64,000 nucleotides of DNA from Bdellovibrionales bacterium (GTDB lineage Bacteria; Bdellovibrionota; Bdellovibrionia; Bdellovibrionales; UBA1609): contig DAIDIG010000002.1 of the NCBI GenBank assembly GCA_027459485.1, forward strand, positions 159,597 through 223,596, read 5' to 3'. This document shows, piece by piece, positions 1-8,806 of this stretch (positions within the stretch are counted from its first letter, which is position 1; every line of letters starts with the position of its first letter). The notes below the pieces were generated by a model. It saw only the letters and a list, made by a program, of their open reading frames with translations. It searched no databases and was not told where the DNA came from. The translations under genes and the position numbers were made by a program.

Positions 1-2538
1 ATTCGAAAATTTTTGGGACGCGACTATATGGTGGAGTCCTGCATGGGCCATGTTCGCGACCTGCCGCAATCGGCGAAAGACATCCCTGAAAAATTCAAAA
101 AGAAACCGTGGGCAAATCTAGGCGTCGATGTCGAACACAGTTTTACTCCTATATATTGCGTGCCAAAAAACAAAACCAAAATCGTTAGCGAATTGAAAAA
201 GAAAATCGACGAGGCGTCTGAAGTCATACTCGCGACTGACGAAGACCGCGAAGGCGAAAGCATCAGTTGGCATTTGGTGAACCTTTTAAAGCCGAGCGTA
301 AAAGTAAAGCGCATGGTATTTAACGAAATCACAAAAGAGGCGATTCTCGCCGCGCTCAAGGACTTTCGCGACATCGACATGAATCTCGTTCATGCGCAGG
401 AAGCCCGGCGGATTCTCGATAGACTTGTCGGTTACACCATTTCGCCACTTTTGTGGAAGAAAGTGGCCTACGGCCTTTCGGCTGGTCGGGTGCAGTCAGT
501 CGCGGTTCGATTGGTGGCCGAGCGCGAGCACGAGCGATTGCGATTTAAGAAATCGGAATACTGGGATCTCACAGCGGAAAACGAAAAGAGTAAAAGTAAA
601 TTTGAATCGCGCCTTGTGAATTACAAAGGTCAGCGAATTGCGAGCGGCAAAGATTTTGATAGCCTCACGGGTGCGTTGACCAAAGATGCCAATCAGCAGC
701 GGGTTCTGTGCCTCGACGAAGTGCAAACACAAAAAATAAAAAAAGAAGTCGAGAAAAAAGATTGGGTTGTAACCGAGGCAGAAGAAAAGCCCGTTTCGCG
801 CAAACCCGCGCCGCCGTTTATCACTTCGACGCTCCAGCAGGAGTCGAACCGAAAATTGGGCCTCAGTTCACGCGAGACCATGCAAATCGCCCAGCGCCTG
901 TATGAACGCGGGATGATCACATACATGCGTACCGATTCAATGTTTCTTTCGGAGCAGGCCATACATGCCGCGCGCGAAGGCATCGTCAAATTATACGGTA
1001 AAAAATATTTGCCCGATCAGTTTCGCGATTATGGCAAGAAAAAGGTCAAAGGCGCGCAAGAGGCGCACGAGGCGATTCGCCCGGCCGGGACGAGTTTTGT
1101 GCTCCCCGAAGATTCGGAGCTCAGCGGTATCGAGCTCAAACTCTATGACCTGATTTGGAAGCGAACCATGGCTTGCCAGATGGTGAATTCCGAACACAAA
1201 CAAATGACAGTGAAAATTCAAGCCGGTGACGCACTTTTTTCAGCGTCTGGTATGACGATCGAGTTCCCCGGGTTTTTGAAGGCCTATGTCGAAGGCAGTG
1301 ACGACCCCGAAGCCGAACTCGAAACGAACGAAGTCCGCCTGCCGAATTTAAAAAAGGGCGACAAAGTCGGCGTCGAGAGTATCAAAGTCAACCGTCATGA
1401 GACAAAACCGCCAGCGCGATATACTGAAGCTTCACTCGTGCAAACTCTCGAGCGCGAAGGCGTCGGCCGCCCATCCACTTATGCTTCAATTCTCGGCACC
1501 ATTCAAGATCGCGGCTACGTGAAAAAGGTCGGCAATGCACTCGTGCCTACATTTACGGCTCTCGTCGTTACGAAACTTCTCAGCCAAAACTTGCCGGAGT
1601 ACGTCGAAACCGGTTTCACTTCGGCCATGGAACAAGCTCTCGATGACATCGCCAGCGGCGATTTGGATCAAGAAAAATATCTGACCTCTGTGTATTTCGG
1701 CGACAAGGGTTTGAAAAAACAAGTTGAGAAGAAAGAAAAAGAAATCAATGCCGACGAATCACGTAGCGTGCAGCTCGAAGGTTTGAAGGGGTTTGATTTC
1801 AGAGTCGGCCGCTACGGGGCATACGTTTGCCGAAAAGAGAAAAAGGGTGAAGAGGTGTGCGCGTCGATTCCAGAGACGCAGTTCCCCGGTGACATGACGG
1901 CCGAAATTGCCAACAAGCTGATTGATCAAAAGATCAACGGGGCTGACTCCATCGGCAATGACCCAGCCACAGGCAAACCGGTTTATGTTTTGTCGGGACG
2001 TTACGGCCCATATGTTCAGTTGGGCGACGGCGACGAAAACAATAAAGAGACAAAGCCAAAACGCATGGCATTGCCCGCGGGCTTGGCACCCGAAGACGTG
2101 ACGCTCGACAAGGCTCTTTGGCTGCTCAGTATGCCGCGAAAGCTTGGTGTGCATCCGCAATTGAAAAAAGATGTCAAATTGGGGATCGGCCGATTTGGCC
2201 CCTACGTTGTCTGCGAAGGCGACTATCGATCAGTGCCCAAGACCGAGGATTTTTTTTCAGTTTCAATCAAGCGCGCTCTTGAATTGCTGGCCCAACCCAA
2301 GCGCGGGCGCGGTAAATCAGTACCACTCAAAGAGCTTGGCCAACACCCACAGAAAAAAACAGTGGTACAGGTTCTCAACGGGAAGTATGGCCCGTACATC
2401 AAATGCGGTGGAACGAATGTGTCCTTGCCTGAAGGGCTTAAGCCCGAAGATGTGACTCTTAAAATCGCGCTCGATCTTTTGGCCAAAAAAGAAGACGCCC
2501 GAGGTGGGAAGAATGCGCAGCAAAAACGCGCAACTTGA
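1..2538 (+). CDS. topA: DNA topoisomerase I (type IA) with C-terminal Topo_C repeats; 5' end lies outside the window
   Basis: Motifs GHVRDLP, ATDEDREGE (Toprim), SAGRVQS and ITYMRTDS (catalytic Tyr); repeated GRYGPY/GRFGPY/GKYGPY units; frame is open from base 1. Confidence 0.97.
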   Translation: MRKFLGRDYMVESCMGHVRDLPQSAKDIPEKFKKKPWANLGVDVEHSFTPIYCVPKNKTKIVSELKKKIDEASEVILATDEDREGESISWHLVNLLKPSVKVKRMVFNEITKEAILAALKDFRDIDMNLVHAQEARRILDRLVGYTISPLLWKKVAYGLSAGRVQSVAVRLVAEREHERLRFKKSEYWDLTAENEKSKSKFESRLVNYKGQRIASGKDFDSLTGALTKDANQQRVLCLDEVQTQKIKKEVEKKDWVVTEAEEKPVSRKPAPPFITSTLQQESNRKLGLSSRETMQIAQRLYERGMITYMRTDSMFLSEQAIHAAREGIVKLYGKKYLPDQFRDYGKKKVKGAQEAHEAIRPAGTSFVLPEDSELSGIELKLYDLIWKRTMACQMVNSEHKQMTVKIQAGDALFSASGMTIEFPGFLKAYVEGSDDPEAELETNEVRLPNLKKGDKVGVESIKVNRHETKPPARYTEASLVQTLEREGVGRPSTYASILGTIQDRGYVKKVGNALVPTFTALVVTKLLSQNLPEYVETGFTSAMEQALDDIASGDLDQEKYLTSVYFGDKGLKKQVEKKEKEINADESRSVQLEGLKGFDFRVGRYGAYVCRKEKKGEEVCASIPETQFPGDMTAEIANKLIDQKINGADSIGNDPATGKPVYVLSGRYGPYVQLGDGDENNKETKPKRMALPAGLAPEDVTLDKALWLLSMPRKLGVHPQLKKDVKLGIGRFGPYVVCEGDYRSVPKTEDFFSVSIKRALELLAQPKRGRGKSVPLKELGQHPQKKTVVQVLNGKYGPYIKCGGTNVSLPEGLKPEDVTLKIALDLLAKKEDARGGKNAQQKRAT

Positions 2539-3391
2539 ACTCGGGATCGAGCGTTCGCGCGAACAAGACCGAAACTACAATAAGGGTGGGCGCAGCTTTT
2601 ACTTCTTCGACTTCGATGACAATATCGCCATATTGTCGACGGCGACATACATTTTCCACAAATATACCGGCAAAGAGTTAGAGCTATCGACCCGCGAATT
2701 CGGCGAACATAGCGGGAGTGTCGGGCGGTCCGGACCATATAAAGACTATGAAATAAGATTCGATGACGCGACTGGCAGTTTTCGCAACTTTCGTGATCGT
2801 GATATGTCATTGGTCGAGCGGCTCCTCGGCAAGAAGCAACCGTTCATTGAAGATTTAATTCACGCGTTAGGCCATGCCGATTATCATTGGAAAGGCCCCA
2901 GTTGGAATTGTTTTTATCACGCCGTGTTCAACAGGCGGCCACTTTCATTGATTACCGCCCGCGGTCATAAGCCTCAGACTTTGAAAGCCGGCATTCGCTT
3001 GCTTGTTAATGAAGGTCACATCCCGCACGAGCCCAACTACCTCGGGTTATATCCGGTCAATTGTCCAGAAACTCGCAAGGCCTTAATTCAAGGGCGTTCG
3101 GATATCTCGGTGGCTGAAATGAAACAGTCGGCGATTCGCGCATCCGTCGAGCAGGCGTTTGAGACGTACGGTTTAAATGAACATCATCGATTCGGGATGT
3201 CGGACGATGATCCAAGAAATGTCGAACTTATCATCGACGAAATGACTCGGTTGAAACGTCGATTTCCGCGCAATTCGTTTTTCGTATTTAACACTCACAA
3301 GGGCCAGTTTTTAAGACGCGAGGTGTTTGACGGCCGAACGGAAGACAAGGTCGTCCCCTCCCAGTTTCATCAGCTCTCGCTTTTCGATTGA
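2513..3391 (+). CDS. HAD-superfamily hydrolase of unknown substrate with C-terminal QLSLF clamp-binding-like motif
   Basis: FDFDDNI (DxD motif I), LITARGH (motif II), GMSDDD (motif IV); ATG at 2513 follows GAGGTG and overlaps the topA 3' end; ORF track starts at 2504. Confidence 0.75.
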   Translation: MRSKNAQLELGIERSREQDRNYNKGGRSFYFFDFDDNIAILSTATYIFHKYTGKELELSTREFGEHSGSVGRSGPYKDYEIRFDDATGSFRNFRDRDMSLVERLLGKKQPFIEDLIHALGHADYHWKGPSWNCFYHAVFNRRPLSLITARGHKPQTLKAGIRLLVNEGHIPHEPNYLGLYPVNCPETRKALIQGRSDISVAEMKQSAIRASVEQAFETYGLNEHHRFGMSDDDPRNVELIIDEMTRLKRRFPRNSFFVFNTHKGQFLRREVFDGRTEDKVVPSQFHQLSLFD

Positions 3392-3436
3392 ATCGTTGCT
3401 AGTATGAAGCTTCATCATTCGAAGAAAGGTGCCTAC

Positions 3437-5479
3437 ATGAATCGCATCACATTGTTTATCGCCATATTAATCTCGCTGATTTCAGCTCACTCGTTCGGAC
3501 TGGACCTCAGTTGCCGCTATGTCGCGCCGATCGAGATGCGCTTTTTGCAGAAGCATCTCATCTATAGCCGGCTCACGCCCAATCTTGAAAAGCGAACCAT
3601 CGATCAATACATCGAGCACCTCGACGGTTCAAAAATGTATTTTACTCAAGGCGATGTCGCGAAAATCAAGTCGATGATGAAGGGCATATTTGAAGAGGTG
3701 AATCACGAGCAGTGTCAGCCGATCGTGGACGTTTACAATCTTTTCAAAACCAGAATGAAAGACAACATTGAATTCGCCGAAAAGACCCTTCAATCGAAGG
3801 ATTTCAAATTCAACCCCAAGACCGAACTGATTACCGATCCTAAAAAACGTAAATTCGGCAAAGACGAAACGGCCGTCGATAACTACATGAAAAAATACAT
3901 TCAGCTTCAAGTCGCCAACTATATTGCGACCGGCGTGAAAGAACCGAAAGCGCACGAAAAGGTACTTCAAAATTACCAGCGCGCGATGAAGCGTCTCAAT
4001 GAAGACAAGCCGTCTGATATACTATCGACTTATCTTGATTCGTTCGCTCTTGCGCTTGACCCTCACTCGACCTACTGGTCGCCGGATGCCTTTCAAGAGT
4101 TCGAAATTCAAATCCGCCTCTCTCTTGAAGGTATTGGCGCGACCTTGAGTTCTAAAGACGGCTTGACGGTGATCGAACAGCTCCTGCCGGGCGGCGCGGC
4201 GGCAAAATCAGGCTTACTCAAGCAAAAGGACATGATTGTGGGAGTTGGCCAAGGCGAAAATGGCCCGATCGAAGATGTCATGGATGAGGACTTACGCGAT
4301 GTCGTCAAAAAAATTCGCGGTAAAAAGGGCACGAAGGTGAGACTCGCGATTTTGCGCAAAACTCCGAAAGGTAACAAAAAATTCAATGTCACCTTGACTC
4401 GTGCAGAAATCAGCATTCAAGACGAAGCTGCGTCAATCGATTACGTCAATAAAGTATACAACGGCAAAAAAGTTAAGCTTGCTCTCGTCAATTTGCCGAG
4501 TTTTTACGCCGACGGCACTGAAGGTGGCCGCTCATCGGCCTCTGATATGAAAAAACTTTTACGCCAAGCGCGCGAGAAGCACGTCGACGGAATGGTTCTT
4601 GATCTCTCATCTGACGGCGGCGGCTCGCTGCAAGATGCGGTTGAAATCGCGGGGCAGTTTTTTCGCGAAGGTAACGTCGTGAAGCAATCGAGCCGCGACA
4701 CAAATAAAGAAATTGTGTTGGCCGATCGTGATCCGTTAGTCGATTATGCCGGCCCGCTTGTCATTCTGACGAGCCGCTATACAGCGTCGGCCGCGGAAAT
4801 TGTATCAGGCACGCTGAAAGATTACGGCCGTGCCGTGATTGTAGGCACCGATCACACGTTCGGTAAGGGGACCGTGCAGCAAGTTGAGCCGCTCCCACAG
4901 CTCGGAGCGATTAAGACGACTATTGGCATGTTTTTTATACCCGGCGGAGAATCGACTCAGCGAATCGGTGTGAAATCCGATATCACATTGCCGAGTGTGT
5001 TGCCGCTTGAACATATCGCCGAAAAGGAACTCGAGTATGCGCTGCCCGCGAAGCGATTGGCGCCGTTTTTGTCGGCCGAAGCGTTTGTACCCTCGGGCCC
5101 GGGTGCTTGGCGGCATGTCGATAAAAAGTTGATCGAGAAATTGCGTCGTGATAGTGAGATTCGCGTTGCCAAAGACCCTGACTTCAAAAAGATTCGTAAA
5201 GATATTGCTAAAGAAAAGAAGAATAAAAACGGCGAGATGCTCATCAGCGACTTCTTGAAAGATCAAGGTAAGGCGGACGAAGAAGAACAAAAAGAAGAAG
5301 GCAAAGATTACGCGCAAACTCAAGAGTTACATAAAGAAGCCTACATGAAGCGCGCGGATATCAAAGAGGCGCTGAACATCGCGGCTGAAATGTCCGTCCT
5401 GCAAGGGTACGGCAAAGCGGTCGCGCACTCGGGCACGTTGGCGAAGGATGCAGACGCGAAACATGCCCAAGCGGACTAA
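3437..5479 (+). CDS. prc: Carboxy-terminal processing protease (S41A, Prc/Tsp)
   Basis: Signal peptide, LDPHSTY, GIGA PDZ loop, ASAAEIVSG (catalytic Ser), TFGKGTVQ (catalytic Lys). Confidence 0.93.
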   Translation: MNRITLFIAILISLISAHSFGLDLSCRYVAPIEMRFLQKHLIYSRLTPNLEKRTIDQYIEHLDGSKMYFTQGDVAKIKSMMKGIFEEVNHEQCQPIVDVYNLFKTRMKDNIEFAEKTLQSKDFKFNPKTELITDPKKRKFGKDETAVDNYMKKYIQLQVANYIATGVKEPKAHEKVLQNYQRAMKRLNEDKPSDILSTYLDSFALALDPHSTYWSPDAFQEFEIQIRLSLEGIGATLSSKDGLTVIEQLLPGGAAAKSGLLKQKDMIVGVGQGENGPIEDVMDEDLRDVVKKIRGKKGTKVRLAILRKTPKGNKKFNVTLTRAEISIQDEAASIDYVNKVYNGKKVKLALVNLPSFYADGTEGGRSSASDMKKLLRQAREKHVDGMVLDLSSDGGGSLQDAVEIAGQFFREGNVVKQSSRDTNKEIVLADRDPLVDYAGPLVILTSRYTASAAEIVSGTLKDYGRAVIVGTDHTFGKGTVQQVEPLPQLGAIKTTIGMFFIPGGESTQRIGVKSDITLPSVLPLEHIAEKELEYALPAKRLAPFLSAEAFVPSGPGAWRHVDKKLIEKLRRDSEIRVAKDPDFKKIRKDIAKEKKNKNGEMLISDFLKDQGKADEEEQKEEGKDYAQTQELHKEAYMKRADIKEALNIAAEMSVLQGYGKAVAHSGTLAKDADAKHAQAD

Positions 5480-6527
5480 ATCTAGGGCGAAAAAGAACAT
5501 GCACGGGCCGATTCGAACACAAAAAAAGTGGGGAGCGAAACTGCCGCTCCCAAAAGATCTCTTGCGCAAAATGCTCGATCTTATGATCAAGTCGCGACGG
5601 CTCGAAGAGCGGCTGATTAAGATTTACAAGGCCGGTGAGGCCTATTTTTGGATTGGCGGGCCGGGTGAAGAAGCGTTCGGCGTGCCGCTTGGTTTACTCG
5701 TGAACAAAGGTCGTGGCCACGATCACGACTATTTGCATTTACATTATCGCGGTTCGCCGACGCTCGTGGCGATGGGCATGCCGATGATTGATTCAATCCG
5801 TATTATGATGAATCGCGCCACTGATACTTCGACCGGCGGCAAAAATTTCTCTAACCATTTTTGCTATCCGGAATGGAATGTCGTGCCGGTTTCGTCTCCC
5901 ATAGAAGTGCAATATCCGATGGCGATTGGCACCGCTTGGGCTCAGCGTCGAGCGAAAGCGAAAGGCATCACAATCGTGACCGGTGGCGATGCCGGCACGG
6001 CCGAGGGTGATTTTGCATCGTGTTTGGTTTGGTCATCGCGAAAAGGCAGCGAGTTACCTCTTCTGATTACGGTTCAAAACAACCTTTGGGGGATTTCGAC
6101 CGCATTTGAAGGTCAGCACGGTGAAACTCAGATTGCCGACCGCGCGAAGGCATTCAACATCGAATCTGTCGTGATCGACGGCAATGATCCCGTCGAATCT
6201 TACATTCGCCTGCAAGAAGCTTTTCAATATATTCGAAAAAATCGAAAACCGTATTTTATCGAGGCGCGGCTTTCGCGATTGTACGGCCACTCGTCGGCAT
6301 CGGGGGCAAACCCGATACCTGAGGCGGATTGCATTCAATCGTTTTCTGAGTTGTTGTTGAAAAACGACGTCGTCAAAGAGAGAGAAGTTAAAGATCTATT
6401 TGACCGCTACGAAAGCGAAGCGCGCGAGGCTCAAGAGATCGTGCGCGGCGAACCGGTACCCGAGCCCGGCGAAATTTGGAAGCACGTTTACGCCAATAAT
6501 GAAAACGCTGATTGGAGATTGTTCTAA
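5463..6527 (+). CDS. TPP-dependent 2-oxoacid dehydrogenase E1 alpha subunit (probably branched-chain)
   Basis: GDAGTAEG...NN TPP-binding motif; RLYGHSS loop. Confidence 0.9.
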   Translation: MPKRTKSRAKKNMHGPIRTQKKWGAKLPLPKDLLRKMLDLMIKSRRLEERLIKIYKAGEAYFWIGGPGEEAFGVPLGLLVNKGRGHDHDYLHLHYRGSPTLVAMGMPMIDSIRIMMNRATDTSTGGKNFSNHFCYPEWNVVPVSSPIEVQYPMAIGTAWAQRRAKAKGITIVTGGDAGTAEGDFASCLVWSSRKGSELPLLITVQNNLWGISTAFEGQHGETQIADRAKAFNIESVVIDGNDPVESYIRLQEAFQYIRKNRKPYFIEARLSRLYGHSSASGANPIPEADCIQSFSELLLKNDVVKEREVKDLFDRYESEAREAQEIVRGEPVPEPGEIWKHVYANNENADWRLF

Positions 6528-6546
6528 ATGAATCGTGAGGCGCGAC

Positions 6547-7620
6547 ATGGCTAATATGGCCCAGGCGATCCGAATGGCGCTTCATATTGGCGAACATCAC
6601 CTCGGCGTAAAAGATATTTTCGGCCAGGATGTTGGCGCGCCACTCGGTGGAGTCTTTACAGCGACTCAAGGTCTTAAAACTGCATGGAACACTCCACTCG
6701 ACGAGCGCGGAATCATCGGTTGCGCAATCGGTATCGCGCTCACCGGTGACCGATGCGTCGCCGAAATTCAATTTTGCGATTACATTTTTAACACCATCGA
6801 TCTTTTAAAAATCGCGGGCAATACGCATTGGGTGAGCCATGGTAACTACAACTTGCCTATGGTGGTGATGACCCCCACGGGTGCGGGCATTCGCGGTTCG
6901 ATCTATCACTCTCACAGTTTCGACGCGTGGGCCTCGCGCCTCACGGGGTGGAAGATTGTGATGCCTTCGACGCCACTCGATGCGTTTGGGCTCATGCTTT
7001 CGGCGATCGAAGATCCGAACCCAGTGATGTTTCTTAAGCCAAAGGCCTTGCTGCGAGTGAAGGGCGAAGAGTTGTTACCGGGTGAGCCGGCCGACGAAAA
7101 AGAGCTCAAATCATTGATCGACGCGCCGATTGGCGACCGATCGAAATGGAAGCCGCGCTGGCCGAAACTTGATGAAACCTTTCGCGTGCCGATCGGCAAG
7201 GCGAAGGTGACACGATCGCTGGCTCAGTCGAATGGCCCCAGCGCCACTTTGGTCAGTTATGGGCGGACGTCGCTTCTCTGCAATCGCGTTGCCGATGAAT
7301 TGCAATCCGAAGGCGTCGGCGTCGAGGTGATCGATTTGCGCTCGATTTACCCATATGATTGGCAGGCGATTCGTGAATCAGTCATGAAAACGGGCCGCGT
7401 GATGTTTGTAAATGAAGACACCGAAGTTACGAATTTCGGCGAACATCTGGCCTATCGTGCGACGAACGAGCTTTTTTATCATTTGCTCGCACGGCCGCGC
7501 GTTCTCGCCGGCAAAAATGTTCCGGGGATTGGTCTTCACCCGAATTACGAAGATCACTCCGTCCCGCAATTGAGCGATATCGCACGCGAAGTTCGCGAGA
7601 TGATCGCTGAAGTACCGTGA
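6547..7620 (+). CDS. 2-oxoacid dehydrogenase E1 beta subunit
   Basis: GQDVG..GGVF, NTPLDE, VAEIQFCDY, HS, DPNPVMFL, EVIDLRS. Confidence 0.92.
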   Translation: MANMAQAIRMALHIGEHHLGVKDIFGQDVGAPLGGVFTATQGLKTAWNTPLDERGIIGCAIGIALTGDRCVAEIQFCDYIFNTIDLLKIAGNTHWVSHGNYNLPMVVMTPTGAGIRGSIYHSHSFDAWASRLTGWKIVMPSTPLDAFGLMLSAIEDPNPVMFLKPKALLRVKGEELLPGEPADEKELKSLIDAPIGDRSKWKPRWPKLDETFRVPIGKAKVTRSLAQSNGPSATLVSYGRTSLLCNRVADELQSEGVGVEVIDLRSIYPYDWQAIRESVMKTGRVMFVNEDTEVTNFGEHLAYRATNELFYHLLARPRVLAGKNVPGIGLHPNYEDHSVPQLSDIAREVREMIAEVP

Positions 7621-7943
7621 CTTCAAAGATCTGCTTCATCTATACAACTTGGCCCGATAAACGATCGGCGAAAGCGGCGGCGAAAAAGTTGCTCGACGAG
7701 CGGTTGGTCGCCTGCGCCAATATTTTTGGCGGAGCGATCACCAGTCTGTACCGATGGCAGGGCCGCGTCAGCCAAAGCGTCGAAACGGTGATGATTTTAA
7801 AAACCCGCGATCGGCTGTGGTCACGTGTTGAACGACGCGTGTTCGAATTGCACCCGTATGATTGCCCATGCATTGTGAAGGTGACAACGCCGCAGGCTCA
7901 TCGAGCCTTCGCGGACTGGATTCACTCAGAAACGCGAATCTGA
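7617..7943 (+). CDS. cutA: Divalent-cation tolerance protein CutA
   Basis: LVACANI, SLYRWQG, KT, HPYDCP; GTGA overlap with the E1 beta gene. Confidence 0.92.
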   Translation: MTSKICFIYTTWPDKRSAKAAAKKLLDERLVACANIFGGAITSLYRWQGRVSQSVETVMILKTRDRLWSRVERRVFELHPYDCPCIVKVTTPQAHRAFADWIHSETRI

Positions 7944-7944
7944 G

Positions 7945-8031
7945 CTACAGACTGCGCGCAAGAAACTGTGCGGCAAAAACCATCAATACTGTTAACGCGA
8001 ATAGAATTAAAAATACATGCTGTGTTTTCAT
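7945..8031 (-). CDS. Putative 28-aa single-TM small protein MKTQHVFLILFALTVLMVFAAQFLARSL
   Basis: Read manually; ATG preceded by GGAGGG and GAAGGA; fills the cutA-pyrE gap; hydrophobic helix. Confidence 0.5.
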   Translation of the reverse strand: MKTQHVFLILFALTVLMVFAAQFLARSL

Positions 8032-8212
8032 TTGTCCTTCGACCTCAACCCTCCGTGGTTAAACTTCACGCTCAGGTGTCTGAGCGGTGGTGCCATTTTA
8101 TCTCCGAAAACGGCAACCACACCCTCCCATACTGTTTAAGAGCACAATTCATGCCAACCGCGACGGTGCACTGAAGCTTGCTGATTCTTTGGTTAAGGCC
8201 TACATTCATCCA

Positions 8213-8737
8213 ATGACACGAAATGATTTAGCAGCCGCCATTTTTAAGTGCGCGTATTTGCGCGGAGAATTCAAATTGCGATCCGGTCAGACATCGAATG
8301 AATATTTCGATAAATACCGGTTCGAATCGAACCCTGAAATTTTGCGTGAAATTGCTCGAAAAATGACACCACTGGTTCCGGATCGCACCCAGGTGCTCGC
8401 GGGCCTTGAGATGGGTGGTTTGCCAGTTGCAGCCGCTCTCGGCATGGAGGCCGGGATTGATGTTTGTTTTGTTCGTAAGAAGGCCAAAGAATACGGCACC
8501 ATGAAACTCGCCGAAGGCGCTGACATTGTTGGCAGGCGAGTGTGTGTAATTGAAGATGTTGTGACAACTGGCGGGCAAATTATTGAAAGCGTGCGTGAGC
8601 TTCGCAAACTCGGCGCGGAAATCACCGACGTTTTATGCGTGATCGATCGCGAACAGGGAGCCCACGACAAACTGCAAGACGAAAAACTTTGGCTTCATCC
8701 GCTGTTTCTGATGTCTGAGCTCAAGGCCTCGATTTAG
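8213..8737 (+). CDS. pyrE: Orotate phosphoribosyltransferase
   Basis: FKLRSG..S.EYFDKY, VRKKAKEYGT, VIEDVVTTGG (PRPP motif); ATG 8213 preferred over ORF-track start 8087. Confidence 0.93.
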   Translation: MTRNDLAAAIFKCAYLRGEFKLRSGQTSNEYFDKYRFESNPEILREIARKMTPLVPDRTQVLAGLEMGGLPVAAALGMEAGIDVCFVRKKAKEYGTMKLAEGADIVGRRVCVIEDVVTTGGQIIESVRELRKLGAEITDVLCVIDREQGAHDKLQDEKLWLHPLFLMSELKASI

Positions 8738-8774
8738 CCCGCACCTAGCGAGGCGGACTCTAGCCCAGGCGCGG

Positions 8775-8805
8775 TGTTGACAACAATTTGTAATTTGTTG
8801 ACGCT
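8775..8805 (+). promoter_or_regulatory. TTGACA -35 element overlapped by an inverted/direct repeat, candidate operator
   Basis: TTGACA at 8777-8782; CAACAA-N8-TTGTTG at 8781-8800; TGTTGAC direct repeat at 8775 and 8796. Confidence 0.5.
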
Positions 8806-8806
8806 A

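Noticed and set aside
1780-2538. Repeated GRYGPY units in the TopA C-terminus
   Set aside because: Known Topo_C repeat architecture of zinc-ribbon-less TopA
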